From positions 1,808,893 through 1,872,892 of the forward strand of contig JAAOMT010000512.1 of NCBI GenBank assembly GCA_016748015.1: a stretch of 64,000 nt of DNA, given 5' to 3'. Numbering within the stretch: the first letter of the stretch is position 1; each line of letters opens with the position of its first letter. A program made the translations under genes and the position numbers. Under the pieces are notes generated by a model. It was not told the DNA's origin and ran no database searches. It was given only the letters and a program-made list of their open reading frames with translations. This DNA is from Geosiphon pyriformis uo1. Lineage: Eukaryota; Fungi; Glomeromycota. Positions 49,272 to 62,406 of this stretch are shown one piece after another.

Positions 49272-50128
49272 TATTATTATTATTATTAAAATTAATACTT
49301 TATAAAAATAATATATTTAAAAAAAATTAAAAATATTGGTATTATTATAAGTATTAAAACTTAAATTATTTGTTTAAGTTTTTTTTAAGTTTTTTGTTAT
49401 ATTTAAAGTTTTTGTAAATTATTTTACTGATTTAATGTTTTATTATTTTTTACAATATATAATTTTGTTGTTTTAAAAGTTGCTATAAATTTTAAGTTGG
49501 TTTTTTTAATTATAAAATTTGTTAATCTTATAATTAAATCTATTAGTTTTTTGGTTATATTAATTGTTTTATTTTTGATTGATAAAAAAAAGTTTGTTGT
49601 AAAGCCAAATTTTTATATAATATTATTAAAATTACAGATTAAAAGTTTTAGCAAGTTAATAATTAATATATATTAAGAAGTTTTTTAAGTTTAAAAATTA
49701 ATTTGGTAATATTTTATAATAAAATAATTTATAATTTAAATTTTAATGTAAGTAATAATATATATTAATAATTAAAGTCATTAAAAAACTAGAATTAAAA
49801 CTAAGAAATAATAATAGTAAATTAAATAAATAATTTTAATGTTAAAAATAGTTATTTAAATAGTTGTGTTAACAAAATAGAACTAATAAATGTTTTCTCT
49901 GTTTAATCTAAAATAATCTAATTATCTTAGGATTTTAAATTATAAATAAATTCTTATTTATTTTTTATTGTTTTAAGCAATTATTTACACTATTACATAT
50001 ATTTATTCTATTAATCAAAAATCTGATAAAAGTTTAGCTGATCCATATTTCACGTCCAAGCTATTACTGTCAATAAATTTGTCATTCTTTTAAATTTTCT
50101 TTTTCCTTTTCATAAAGGCTTTTTAAAG

Positions 50129-51628
50129 ATGGCAACCAATGACAATTTGATTGAGTTAAGTTCTCAAGAAGAATTTGACAAACTCATTTCGGCAAATCAG
50201 AATTCTATAATATTGCTTGATTTTTGGGCTTCATTTGCTCCGGCGTGCGCTCAAATGAACGACGTATTTGCTGAATTGTCAATGAAGCATCGGTCTTTAA
50301 AATTTGTAAAGGTAGAAGCTGAAAAATTTCCAGATATATCTTTATCACTGGATATTGCTGCTGTTCCAGTTTTTATAGTTCTTAAGGTATTTCCATCAAG
50401 CTTCTTAAAGCCAAAGCATTCTTTATTATTTGTTGCTCTGAACTAATTGGTTTCGTGTAATGCTATAAATTGAATGACCTTATTTATTCTTTTGATTTTA
50501 GAATGGGAAATTAGCAGCCCGTGTTGATGGGGCGAACGCGCCTAAACTCACGGAAACAGTGGAAAAGTACGCCAAAATTGCCGGGGCTTCATCTTCTTTT
50601 GTGGGAAAAATAGGGCTCACAGACGCTTCTTCGGCGAAAACCGTCTCAAATAAAATGGACTTAAATACCCGGCTAAAGACGCTCCTTAATAGCTCCACGG
50701 TGATCGTATTTATTAAGGTGAATAATTTATCGATTATCAATATCTTTCATTATATCGAATTAAAAATATTTATATAAAGGGTACACCAAGTCACCCTCGT
50801 TGTGGCTTTTCAAGACAAATTGTGGAAATTCTTAATGAAAATAAAGTCAAGTTTAATTCATTTAATATTCTCGCTGATGAAGATGTCAGACAAGGTACCA
50901 ATTTGATTAAATGAATTTATATATTTATTTTATTTTAAAAAAGCTCCATGAAAACTCTTATAGGGCTAAAAACATATTCTAATTGGCCGACATATCCTCA
51001 GGTAAATTCAATTTTTGATTAATTAACTTTTCACATATTTACCCTGAAAATGATGGATTATGATCCTTACTGATTATTAGCTTTACATAAATGGAGAGTT
51101 GGTCGGTGGATTGGATATAGTTAAAGAATTAGTGTCATCTGGTGAATTCCACAAGATGATTCCAAAAGAAAAGAATCTTAATGAACGACTCAAAGAATTG
51201 ACGACACAATCGAATTTGATTATCTTTATTAAAGGAAATCCCACTGCACCACGATGTGGATTTTCAAAGTGAGTAATATTTTATAAATTGATTTTTCTAA
51301 AGTAAAGCACATTAAAATTAACTAATTTTCCTTCGAATTAAATATTTAGACAAATGGTCAGTATCCTAGATGAAAAAAAACTGAAATATGATTATTTTGA
51401 TATACTAGAGGATGAAGAAGTTAGACAAGGTATTTTCTCAACCAATTATCTTGAGTGTTTGGAAAGGAGTTAACCCGGATCATATGGGATTTTCTAGGTT
51501 TAAAAGAGTTCGTGAATTGGCCTACCTATCCGATGTTATTCCATAAGGGCGAATTACTTGGTGGACTAGATATTGTAAAAGAATTGAATCAGAGTGGCGA
51601 GTTGGACAAGATGATTGAATCTAATTGA
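50129..51628 (+). CDS. GRX4: Multidomain monothiol glutaredoxin (Trx-Grx-Grx; GLRX3/PICOT/Grx4-like), 7 exons: 50129-50386, 50502-50717, 50780-50894, 50964-51001, 51081-51268, 51350-51429, 51498-51628
   Basis: Trx-like FWASFAPAC; two KGxPxxPRCGFS sites; two WPTYP and GGLDIVKE; GT-AG introns give a continuous frame. Confidence 0.93.
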
Positions 51629-51939
51629 GGTTATTGATTTGGTTGCACGAGGCGGAGTAAAAGTAGAAATTATTTGATCTAAACAAAAATTCTCTTAATT
51701 TATAATTACTATCGTAGTTTGGGACTTAAAAATGATTATTTCCTAATTGATTCAAATTAAGACTCCGGAAACCATTTTCCGTGATTCGTGAATAAAACAA
51801 GGTTAATCCCGGAAAAATTGAGCCGAAATATATATTGCTAAAACTTTAGTCTTTGGCTCTCGCCTTTACTTTTTTCTTTTATAACTATTATTCTCTCTTA
51901 TAAGTCTCAAAAAACTTTTGACCATCGTCTAGGCTTACA

Positions 51940-52871
51940 ATGTTGAATAAGTGTTGCTTTTGCATCGGTGTTAGGTAAATTAAACAAATGTGGAAGGTAT
52001 AAGAATTTAAACAAAGCATTTTCGATCTAAACTAATTCTTTTAATTTCCAAGGACTGCTACCCTTATATTAGCCTCACTTGGTGCGGTAGGTATTACATT
52101 ATTTTTGAAATTGAAATTTATAGAGTAAAGATTTACAAAATACCTTTGTTTTTTAGTTGGCTAACTTTAGCAATGCTTGGCGTTTGTCTGGTATGTCAAG
52201 TGACCAATATGGCACTTTTTACTCTTTGATGGCCACTTATTATTTGGGAATCGGTATGGTTTGTTCGGCCGGATTTTTTGGAGTATTGAAGGTATATATC
52301 ATTTTCAAACAAGTAAATTTTTATCCCCATGTAAACACTAAATTAAATGGATAATCAACATTGCAACGAATTCTAAAGAACAAAACAAACTATGTCAGAC
52401 TTTACGCCTACTATTATTGGATGCAACTATTCATGAGTATGATCATGTCAATCGTGTTCTCGATCCTGGCCTTCCATTATGATAAAGATATTTGTGAGAA
52501 GTTGATTCAAGATCCAGACATGAATATAACTCTTGACCAGTGTTTGGATCTATATATAAAGACTGGGATAACAATGGTTATTTTATTAGCCTTTACCTGT
52601 ATTATTGAGGTAAGCTCTCTTATTAAAAGATGCCTAGTTTTGATTAAAAACCTAATTTATTAATATAATTATTACTTGAAACCTCTAGCTACATTTTTGT
52701 CTCGCAGTCTGGGCTTATTATCAGAAGATTCGTAGTGATGAATTCGATCAAAACCCAGGGATCAATAATATCTATTATTCAGCAATTCCTGCCTACCATG
52801 TTAATCCTCCCCCATCATATGATACAATTGGTCAAACCAATACTGGTGAAAAATTTCCTGGCAAACAATAG
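51940..52871 (+). CDS. Small 4-TM membrane protein, LAPTM/tetraspanin-like, 5 exons: 51940-51974, 52053-52086, 52157-52291, 52379-52609, 52689-52871
   Basis: GT-AG splicing gives MLNKCCFCIGVRTATLILASLGA..., four hydrophobic segments, a Cys pair in the TM3-TM4 loop, C-terminal PPPSY. Confidence 0.8.
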
Positions 52872-53465
52872 CGAGATTTGAGATAGGTCTAACTAGCGTA
52901 AATATGTCCTTCAATTGAAAAAGGATTGTCTACTTGTTAAAAATCTAGAAATTCTTTTGTACCACGTTTTTTGTGTTTTACTTTTATAATTATATATTTA
53001 TTCGTGGGAATTTTAATTAGAGAATAAATTTGTTTTCTTTGGAGATTTGCAGGAAATCATAATTATAGAAAATGATTTTGATAAATAATATTCATTATAC
53101 CGAATCTTATAGGCTCAACTTTTGTCCTGCCACCACTGGGCTACGACTTTGAACCTAATATGGCTAAAAAATCAAACCGGAAATTCCTCCTTACCGCATT
53201 TTCTTCTATCAGAGTTTCCTTTAAGTCGCTTGACTCTAGATTTTTCCCTTGAGAGATAGGAACCGCCTATGAAGAGCACAAATAAAAAAAGTAGGCAAAT
53301 CATGGTTGTAATGTCAAAAGCAATGTATTCCAATTGTGATTCAGGTAAATGAGATCATCGAAATGAATGAAAAAGGAGATATTGAAGAGAACATTCCAAA
53401 AGATGTCATATCCCCAAGGGATTAGGTAAAACGCCACAAAATAGAGAGATTACAAAGAATAGATA

Positions 53466-53466
<1 letters not shown>

Positions 53467-53500
<34 letters not shown>
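53467..53500. repeat. (ATCT)n microsatellite
   Basis: About 8 tandem units. Confidence 0.9.
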
Positions 53501-54774
53501 TTATATGAATGAAATTATATAATATAAAATAAAGAAAGGATTAGGATAGAGTTCACAGTATTGTTAAAGATACTCTCTCCAATATTAGGAATGACAGAGC
53601 AACCTCAAACAATAGATAAAGAATCAGTAAATATGGGGCTTAAAACCGATAGAAACCTTGATTTTAGTATTTTTTGTAACAATGCGTCTGCACAAGTAAA
53701 TACCTTGCCATCCCAACCATAAATTAACCAAACCAAAGGGTTGTCTAGTTAATAAGAAAGAGGGGAAAGCAACCTCAAAAACTACAACAGATAAATCAAA
53801 GAGTGTAGTTCTGAGGAATTGGTCGAAATGAAATTTGATCTCGATTGTGAACCTAAAAATAAATTCAATGTCAATTGTAGATTCAAATAAATACGATTTC
53901 CCATTTACCAAAGGAGGTAAACAACTATGCAATCGGAAAATTCAATGATGATGATGATTATTATTATGAAGGGTTGAATTGATTCAGTTGTTGGGATTCC
54001 AAAATGAAGATGATAACTCTTCAACTCAATGAATCAATTTTACTGCGCTATTATTAAATCTTAATACTTTGAAGAATTTATTAGGAATTTCAATTTTCCC
54101 ATTTCATCCTTCCTTGTGTAAAGGATTTTTTTATTGTACAATACGAAAATTCATAATCAAAAAAAAATTTTCAAGTTATTGTCTTTTGAATTAAGGTAAA
54201 ATTATTATTATTATTTAAGAGAAAAGTTGCCAAATTTGAATTTGGGTTTGAGCTAAAATTACCGAACAAAACTAAAAAGTTTTTTTTAAAAAAAAAAAAA
54301 AGGTTTTGCGTAACGCGATTTGTATCTCTGATTCATTACCTTATTACTGCAAGAAAATCATCAATGAGGATCAAGATCAAAGATTTTCGTGTGTTTACTT
54401 TTTGTTTTGCGTTTGTGTATGTTTGTATATATGTGAAAAGACGGTGTTACTAGTGTGCTGTATTTAATTTGCCGAGATTTGTGGGGAAGAATTTTTTTCG
54501 TACTGAATTGGGAAAATGTTTATATGGGGTAAAAGAAAATTAAATAGTAGCAGTAGTAGTAGTAGTAGTTGTAGTAGTATTATCCACAGTCGTGAACGAA
54601 ACACCAGATTCTACGACGGACGAAAGGGGTGTTAAAGTGGTATCACCATAAATAATTTGTTAAATTTTAAAGAATTAAGATTAAAAAACCATCATTTACA
54701 CATGTCCATTGTATCATCATTTGGTAGGAAGTAAATTAGCATCTCGTTCACCCCCTTTTTTTTTTTTTTTTTTT

Positions 54775-54794
54775 NNNNNNNNNNNNNNNNNNNN
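54775..54794. other. Assembly gap (20 N) after a poly-T run
   Basis: N run. Confidence 1.
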
Positions 54795-55769
54795 CGCGGG
54801 AAAAAAAATAATTTTCAGCTGAAAATTATATTCTTGAAAATTAATTTTGCATACAGAGAGAGATATATATATTATATATTAGATATGCAGTTTTTTTTTT
54901 TTTTTGAATTATCGAAAGATCAACATTCTCTGTCATTATAATTCGTCGATGGCGTATTCGAGTTTTCCGCCGTGAAAAAAAAAAAAAAAAATTCTTGGCA
55001 CCAAAAGAAATAATAATGCAGTTTTAAATATCAGTTTTGATGATGATGATGATGATCCATTTTCTCAAAAAACTCCATTCAGAAATTCCCCTCAAATGAT
55101 CTTTTTTTATCGCGAAATCTATTTGGGTGTAACATCTATCATTTATAACACTTTTGAATCCGCTCTTAAAATAACACACGACAGGGATAATCATTATTAA
55201 CAATCATATATATTATACAGATATAGTGCCAATTATTTGGGAAAACTTTATTCAACTTTTTCCTTTAATTATTGAAAAAAAAAAAAGTTCATTTTTCAAA
55301 AATAAAAAAAAGATTAAATCACCTCCTTCCCTAGAAACTAACCAAAAAATTTAGTGGCAAAAAGTTAATTGAATTGCCATAAACCCTCCCCTCCCTAAAC
55401 CTCCAACAAATTTTTACAAATATCCAACTGCCCAATTTTGGTGTGCTTCTATAAATCATTTTCACATTCGTACAACTGTGTCATTTGTATGTGAGCAATT
55501 GAATTGGAGTCGTCACACATCTTTTTTTTAGTTGAAAAAAAAAAGGTACACTTCAATTTTTAAATATTTTGTTTGCAATGCATCCTTTTTATACATTTTT
55601 AAACCTTACTTTAGTCAGTTGTGGTACTACTACAAAGTTTACTAGTATTACTTTCTTGTTCATCTTACTCTGTTTTTTATTGTTTAAAAAATAGACATTG
55701 AGACGAAAGAGAAAAGCGCTGAAAGAGAAAGAGAGAGTTGATTACGTATAGACGAACATACAAACACAT

Positions 55770-55771
<2 letters not shown>

Positions 55772-55814
<43 letters not shown>
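55772..55814. repeat. (AC)n microsatellite
   Basis: About 21 tandem AC units. Confidence 0.95.
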
Positions 55815-55816
<2 letters not shown>

Positions 55817-56511
55817 TAAAGTAACAAACGGAGAGCCTTGTAATATACATACACACAGACATAGTAAAAGAAAAATTCAACTGTCGAAGCATATCTTCTA
55901 TACAAATCGAATCATAATTATACAAAACCTTTGACCAAGGAAACCACCCATTTCTTCTTTCTTTTTCGTCATTTTTGCCTCAAAGAGACTACAAAAAAAG
56001 GTATTAATTCAGTTTTTGGACCGTCTGTATAACTATTACTTTATTATTATCGTTCTCCTTTTTGAAATTCGTCACCTTTATTGCTTTTACTACCATTGGT
56101 TTCTCGCTTACCCTTCTTGTCAACAAATAGAACTACCCACATAGGCAGCTCTAAGACTATAGCTTTCGCGCTCAAACGAAAAAAAGTTTATTGTTGACTC
56201 TGTCTGAATAATCCCCCTTGCTTTCCAAGAGTTCTCCCGGCAAGACACCCGCAACCAAAATTAGAATTATTGTCCACACCAAAAATAAGAAGAGCAAGAA
56301 ATATATATATGGAAATCTCGTCTTCAACTCCTTTATAAAAACTTGTTTTTAGCTTCGAACGACAAAAAAAGCTGATAATTTCTTATTTAAACTTCTCAAT
56401 CGAATCCACCCCCACCCGCCTATTATCAACAAAATCCATTGTGACTGACTTGCCTTCAAACTATTTCCCTGTTTCATATTCTTCCGGAATTTAAAATAAG
56501 CTGTTGCCTTC

Positions 56512-57789
56512 ATGCAAACAATATCCCATTATTATCCGAGCAATGAGAATATGATAACTAATTCTCATTCGGAGCACCAACACCAATACTCGCAGCAAAG
56601 GCAACAGCAACTTTTGTCGTCCCACTATCTTAGACAACAGTCCTCAGACTCGGAACACGCCAATAACTCTGTGTCGTACATGACTACAACGTCGCACACT
56701 GTTGCCAACTGTTCGCATGATCAATATCACCGGCAAGACGAACAAGAATTACACCATCAGAATGTGATTTCAAGTAATGAATTCTGTCTTCCGAAACAAA
56801 ACTCCCCTCAACAACCCGATAATATTACACCCCATGACTTTTTAACTACGGTTGGTCACGTTGAATTGATGCAAGAACCACCACCATATGAACGTAAGTT
56901 TTTTTTTAGAAGAGTCGTTGTCGTTGTCGTAGTCGTCGTAAGTGGAAAAAGGGGTAAATTTTGGAAATAAGGAGAAAGAATTAAGTGTTTCCATTGAGAA
57001 AGGAATTTCTCTATTTGGAATAAGTTCTTTTTTTTTATCAATCGGTGGCTATCCCTTCTAATCGCCGATATGTTTTAAGGAGGAGTGGCTTGCTGATCGT
57101 GAGAAAATTTTTTCTCCACCAAAAAAGTTCCCATGAAAATTATGGATTACATGTGATATTTAATAAATTGTATTTATTAACACATGATTTTCAAACCAAC
57201 TTCTATTTTTCCCCCCACATAAAAAATATAGAGTTCAATATCGAATGGCCTAATAATCTTCCATCACTTCAAGAACCCCTCGAATATATGGGTCCGGCTC
57301 CTCAACTCTTTGATTCTGAAGAGGAAGACCTGTTTAATCAATTCCTTGGTAATCTTGAAGGGAACCATTTTTCATTTACACCGGAACTGCCTCCAAATTT
57401 TCCTATGATGCCTGAATACATTCAAAATCAAGGCAATGAAGTTGAGCCCTCGACTAACTTTACTAACGATACGGGCGTTGTTGTTGCTCCGGCTACCTCA
57501 TCAGTTTCAGGTCCTACAATGATTGACGGAAACATGTATGGCATGTCAATTACTGAAACCGGAAATCCCCAACAACGTCATTTTCAACAGCAGAAGCAAA
57601 AATTAACTGCCGGTGTCTTGAAATCTACATGTTTATCTCCTCGTACAAAAAATCTTGGATTAACAACGTCATCTCCAAAAGACTCGTATTCACATTTGCT
57701 GCCATCTTTGACAACTGTAGAATCTATCTCGACTAATCGCAGAACAGTTCCCGCTAAACGTAAACAAACAGATGATGATGATGATGATG

Positions 57790-57828
<39 letters not shown>

Positions 57829-59045
57829 GAAGATCTTCCCGTCGCTCATCCAATCCTCGGCTCACTCCAATTAACACAAAACCTACCAGTGTTTCTTCTT
57901 CATCACCATCATCATCACGTAACATAGATTCATCAAAACCAGATTCTCCCTCATTGGAATTATCAAATCTTTCAATTAATAATAACAATCCCGATAATCA
58001 ACAGCAATCACTACAAAATGGTTCGAGTAGTGTGTGTAATAGCAGTAATAACTCTCCTCCACAAACCCCAATTCGAGAACTGAATAAAACTCGATCCTCA
58101 TCCCCTATAAGTAACGGAGCAGCTGATGATGATGAGGAGGAGGAAGATGAAGATTCAAATAATTCGATGTTGAATGAAGTTGATATCAAATCAGAATCAA
58201 AAGATTTAGCTGAATCTGCTGGTTCGAAATCAAGTCGAAAGCCATACAAAGAATTGCTTACTGAGGAAGAAAAGCGAGCAAATCATATCGCTTCTGAGCA
58301 GAAACGAAGAAACACAATTCGTGCGGGCTTTAAGGAGCTAACAGATATAATTCCCACCCTAAAAAATGTCAATAATTCAAAGAGTACCATTTTATTCAAG
58401 GCCGTCGAATACATAAAGCATCTGGAGCGAAGGAATCGTAACTTAAAAGAACGTGCGAGTTTATTGGAAATGCGAGTTGAAATGGAAATGAGATCTGGTA
58501 AACGATTTCATCATCACACTGGAGCCTTTGGTCCTTCAATTGGTTATGGTCATTCACGTGTAGCTCCAATGCAAATGGGTCACGTGGGTACAACCTATGG
58601 TGTATTATCACATGGTATGAACACCATGGGTATTCCGGTAACTGTGACGTCTCATCCCGACTCACAACATGTAATAAGTGGTCCAATTCAGAATATCTAC
58701 TATAGCCAGCATCCCGATAATCAATCGATGATGACAAATGGTGGCATTCATTCACCGAATGGCACCACGAACAATGTATATAGACGAGTCAATAGTATTC
58801 AAGTGTCTCACCCGACTTCTTCACAGCATCAACAATTGACCGAGAATAAGCTTCCAGGTTCAATAACACCTGCAATGTCAATACCGACAAATCTTGATGA
58901 CTCAGATTTACAACAACAGCAATATAATCATCTTCACCGTCATCATCATCATGTTTTAATCAATGGTACTGCTTCAACGTTAGATGCCGATGGAGATTCT
59001 TCAATGTTACACAATGGAAATGGCTCAGTAGTCGTAAAATGTTAA
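56512..59045 (+). CDS. bHLH-ZIP transcription factor (Ino2/Ino4/Mlx-like); exons 56512-56893 and 57232-59045
   Basis: LLTEEEKRANHIASEQKRRNTIRAGFKELTDIIP..SKSTILFKAVEYIKHL followed by heptad leucines; GTAAGT donor 56894 and TAG acceptor 57231 join in frame; poly-D/N tract 57771-57827. Confidence 0.88.
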
Positions 59046-59250
59046 AACCACCGGAAATGGATTTCATATTTTTTAAATTGTGATCTCTTATCCTTTTTAA
59101 ATCAGTTTTTAAAGTTTGTCTTTTCTAACGCATTATTTCACTTTCATGTAACTATCAAACCGATTCATAACATGATTCCCTTGTTAATTAGTCTATCAGA
59201 GCCTCAGGTACTAAAAATTATAAAAAATAAAAATTGCCTGCTACTATAGC

Positions 59251-59285
<35 letters not shown>
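59251..59285. repeat. (ATG)n microsatellite
   Basis: About 11 tandem units. Confidence 0.9.
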
Positions 59286-59286
<1 letters not shown>

Positions 59287-59463
59287 CAAGTCCGAGGATC
59301 AGGAAAAAAGAATTGTGGAGTGACCATTAATTTAAAAAAGTCGAAAACAAAGTATTTTGGTTCAAACACATAATTCATTTGTGCGTATATAAAAAAAAGA
59401 TCATGAATCCAATTGCGAAAGCTTATTATAAAAATATATAATTTCCTATATTAAAAGTTAATA

Positions 59464-59499
<36 letters not shown>

Positions 59500-59590
59500 T
59501 AATGCGGAAATAAAAACTTTTGTGCCTTATATTGAAAGGTGATCCTATAACTGATAACTTGATAAACTTTCGGTTTCGTGCCAAAATAAA

Positions 59591-61075
59591 ATGGCCAAAG
59601 GTGGACCCATAGTAAACCAAGATACTGAAGAACGCAGAGACGAAGAAAGAAATAATAGAGGAGGTAGCAGTGGTGGTATTGGAAAAGGTCGAAGAGAAAG
59701 CGTGGTGGCAAGAGAACGGGTGCGAGGCGAAGGTGGTGGCGGTGGTAGTAGTGGAAGGAGGCGAGATAGAAGACCAAAAGATTCTACAAATAGTGCTCTC
59801 ACCACTCCTGCACCAGATAACCTTCCAAAAGCCTTTTACCAGGCTCCTATGATATTAGAACGTAAACCTCAATCTCAATCTCAATCCCAACCCCAACCCA
59901 GTACCCCCACTCAGATTACAGCAATAGCCTCGTCAAGCAAATCCGAAGAGACTTCACCAAAAACTCGTCGTTTTCCGCAAGCACCACGCGAAGATACCTC
60001 AAGTACTCATCCTATAGCCTCTGGATCCCGTGAACCGGAAATGAAACCAGGAATATCACGCTCAAGACAGCCAATAGAGAAGTGCTTTATGAAATTGATC
60101 AATGAGAAAGGCATGTTTTTAAATGAGAATGTGACCAAAATACTCAGTGACTATCCAGGTCATTTCATTGTAGGTGTTTGCGGACCTCAAGGTGCTGGAA
60201 AATCAACTTTAATTTCTGCTCTTTGCCAAGACCCTAGCAACGGATTTCCCGTTCAAACAAACGAAGCTCTTAATTTAGCTAGCCACGAAACATCAGGAGT
60301 AGATATTCATGTCACTCCGGAAAGAATTATACTATTGGATACACAGCCAATCTTTAGCTTGAGCATTCTGGAGCGGGCTCTTAGAAACGATTACATTTCC
60401 GATCATATACTACCTGAAACCTGGTTGGAGATGCAATCTTTGCAACTGGTGATCTTTCTATTATCTGTCTGTAATGTTGTCCTTACCGTAACAGAAAGCA
60501 TGGATTTCAACACTTGGGATTTCCTCAAAAAAGCCGAGATGTTAAAGTATCGAATCCCGGAATTTCCAAGTTTACCTTCATTGGCCCCTGTCGACGGAAG
60601 CATCGAGTATTATCCTGACGTGGTATTAGTTTGTAATAAAACAAGTTCCGCTGATTTCACGGCCATTAAATATGAAAGTATATGTGAACTTTTGAGCCAA
60701 TTGTTTGAGGGGTCAAAATTAAAAATTTTTGATACTGTATCTCTAAGGAAAACACTACCTATGTTTGATTTACATCAGCCTACAACAATAAATTTAAAAT
60801 TGCCCAATTTATTCCTTTTACCTTTTGAACCTCATCCCTATCGTCCTAAACCTACAGGTTATAGTCTAAAATATCTGGATGGACCAGATAATTTTGCTAC
60901 ATTGGCCAATTCGCTAAGGAACCAGATTTTTGAGGTTCCAAAGAAAATCGGAAAAAAGGGCCAGGTATCAGAAAAAGAGTGGTTACGTGGTGCTTTGAAA
61001 AGTTGGGAAATGATTCGAAAGTCAGATTTTATTGTTGATTATTGTAAAATGTCACAAAAGTTGAGAGATATGTGA
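59591..61075 (+). CDS. SMG9: Nonsense-mediated decay factor SMG9 (P-loop G-domain), single exon, 494 aa
   Basis: IVGVCGPQGAGKSTL, HETSGVDIHVTPERIILLDTQP, EMQSLQLVIFLLSVCNVV, FLKKAEMLK, SEKEW..SWEMIRKS; disordered N-terminus. Confidence 0.9.
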   Translation: MAKGGPIVNQDTEERRDEERNNRGGSSGGIGKGRRESVVARERVRGEGGGGGSSGRRRDRRPKDSTNSALTTPAPDNLPKAFYQAPMILERKPQSQSQSQPQPSTPTQITAIASSSKSEETSPKTRRFPQAPREDTSSTHPIASGSREPEMKPGISRSRQPIEKCFMKLINEKGMFLNENVTKILSDYPGHFIVGVCGPQGAGKSTLISALCQDPSNGFPVQTNEALNLASHETSGVDIHVTPERIILLDTQPIFSLSILERALRNDYISDHILPETWLEMQSLQLVIFLLSVCNVVLTVTESMDFNTWDFLKKAEMLKYRIPEFPSLPSLAPVDGSIEYYPDVVLVCNKTSSADFTAIKYESICELLSQLFEGSKLKIFDTVSLRKTLPMFDLHQPTTINLKLPNLFLLPFEPHPYRPKPTGYSLKYLDGPDNFATLANSLRNQIFEVPKKIGKKGQVSEKEWLRGALKSWEMIRKSDFIVDYCKMSQKLRDM

Positions 61076-61171
61076 AATTGAATTAAGAATAATAGATTGT
61101 TATTTGTATTATTTAATAAATTAATAAGCATTTTCAAGGTTTTTATTAATTAATTGGTTTAAATATTTAAA

Positions 61172-61204
<33 letters not shown>

Positions 61205-61249
61205 TTAACTTTTTTGTATTAATAAACAAATTTTATAATATTAACAAAA

Positions 61250-62406
61250 AAAAAGTAAAATAATTAAAATAAAAATTTTTATCTCCTTAGTTTTATGATT
61301 ATGACCAGAGCAAAAAGTAAAAAAGCCACATTTAATATCTTTTCTGAGATATCTAATAAGATTTTAACCAAAAAAGCTTTTTTTGTAATAGAAACTACTA
61401 GACAAAATGTCTTTAGAGTAAAAAGCTATCTTTAGTAGTTTTTGAAATATCTTTTTTATTTTTGGCTAGTTTTTTATCAGTTAAAGTTCTCTTAAAAAAA
61501 CTCACTTGAATTAATTCTAGTATTGTTTCTATTCTTTCAAAGAGCCCAAAAATTTTTAATAACAGACTAGTTAACAATCTGGTCTTTTTTCTTATAGTTT
61601 TTACATTTGGTGTTGCCAACATCTTTTTTTCAAAAAAAATGGTCAAAAAAATCAAAAGTTTAGAAAAGTGAAAGCAATTACTCATTTTTGCTATTGTTAT
61701 ACCAAACTCTTTTGTGGTTTCTAATAAGATTCTAAATAAGATCTTTGTTATATTATTTAGCATATTATTTAAAATGGGCCAAGATCAACCACTAGCTGTG
61801 TTGCAAATATGGTTTTCTTTGGCAAATTATTATTAGTTTTAGAAATAAAACAACAGTTTCCTGTTGAATTACTTGTTCTTGAGAACTGAACTTATCAAAT
61901 AGAAATTAATTCAATTTTTTTTCTGGTTTTTGGTGCTGTTACTAATAGTGCTTAGGAAACTATTACTAATTATCAAAGATTTGTTGGATGGATGGTCTTT
62001 ATTCTGGTGTTTAATGCTACTTTTAAAATCAAATTGGCTTATATTAAGACTGTTTTTTAGTTTGTACTGGTTTTTTGAATGCAAAATCAGTGTTAAAAAA
62101 CAATATAAAACTCTTTTGTATAGAGTTTGCTTTTTAAAAGTTTTTGGAAACTGCTCTTTTAATTAAGCTTATAAGCTCTGTTTGTTTAGTTACTTTTAAA
62201 ATTGCCAAGTCTTTGGTGGTTTCTGAATTTGGTTCCTCTTTTTTTGCTGCTATTGTGCTGCATAATATGTTTTTGGATATATCTGCTGTTAATATTAAGA
62301 CAGCTCTTAGTGTGTTTAATAAAGTCACTTGTATTGTGCTAAAATCTACTGACATTTAACAATATGTAATTATTTATTTTGAAAAACTGAATTCTGCTGT
62401 GTTTAC
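61250..62406 (+). mobile_element. ORF1-only HAL1-like element, copy 2 (5' half, strongly eroded), interrupted by Gypsy D
   Basis: Colinear with ~11770-12925 (atgattatgaccagagcaaaaagt vs atgaccacgaccagagctaagagt; aaaattgccaagtctttggtggtttctgaatttggttc identical). Confidence 0.9.

Noticed and set aside
53108-53266. Possible small minus-strand exon(s) (pyrimidine tract + TAG acceptor; AVPISQGKNLESSDLKETLIEENA; GTAAGG donor)
   Set aside because: No recognisable homology, no upstream exon found, implied intron only ~40 nt; cannot be supported without RNA-seq
55677-55925. ORFs with CVCVCV runs
   Set aside because: Translation of the (AC)n microsatellite
57045-57231. N-terminal 62 aa of the listed 666-aa ORF
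   Set aside because: Lies in the predicted intron 56894-57231; the GTG start is unlikely to be real
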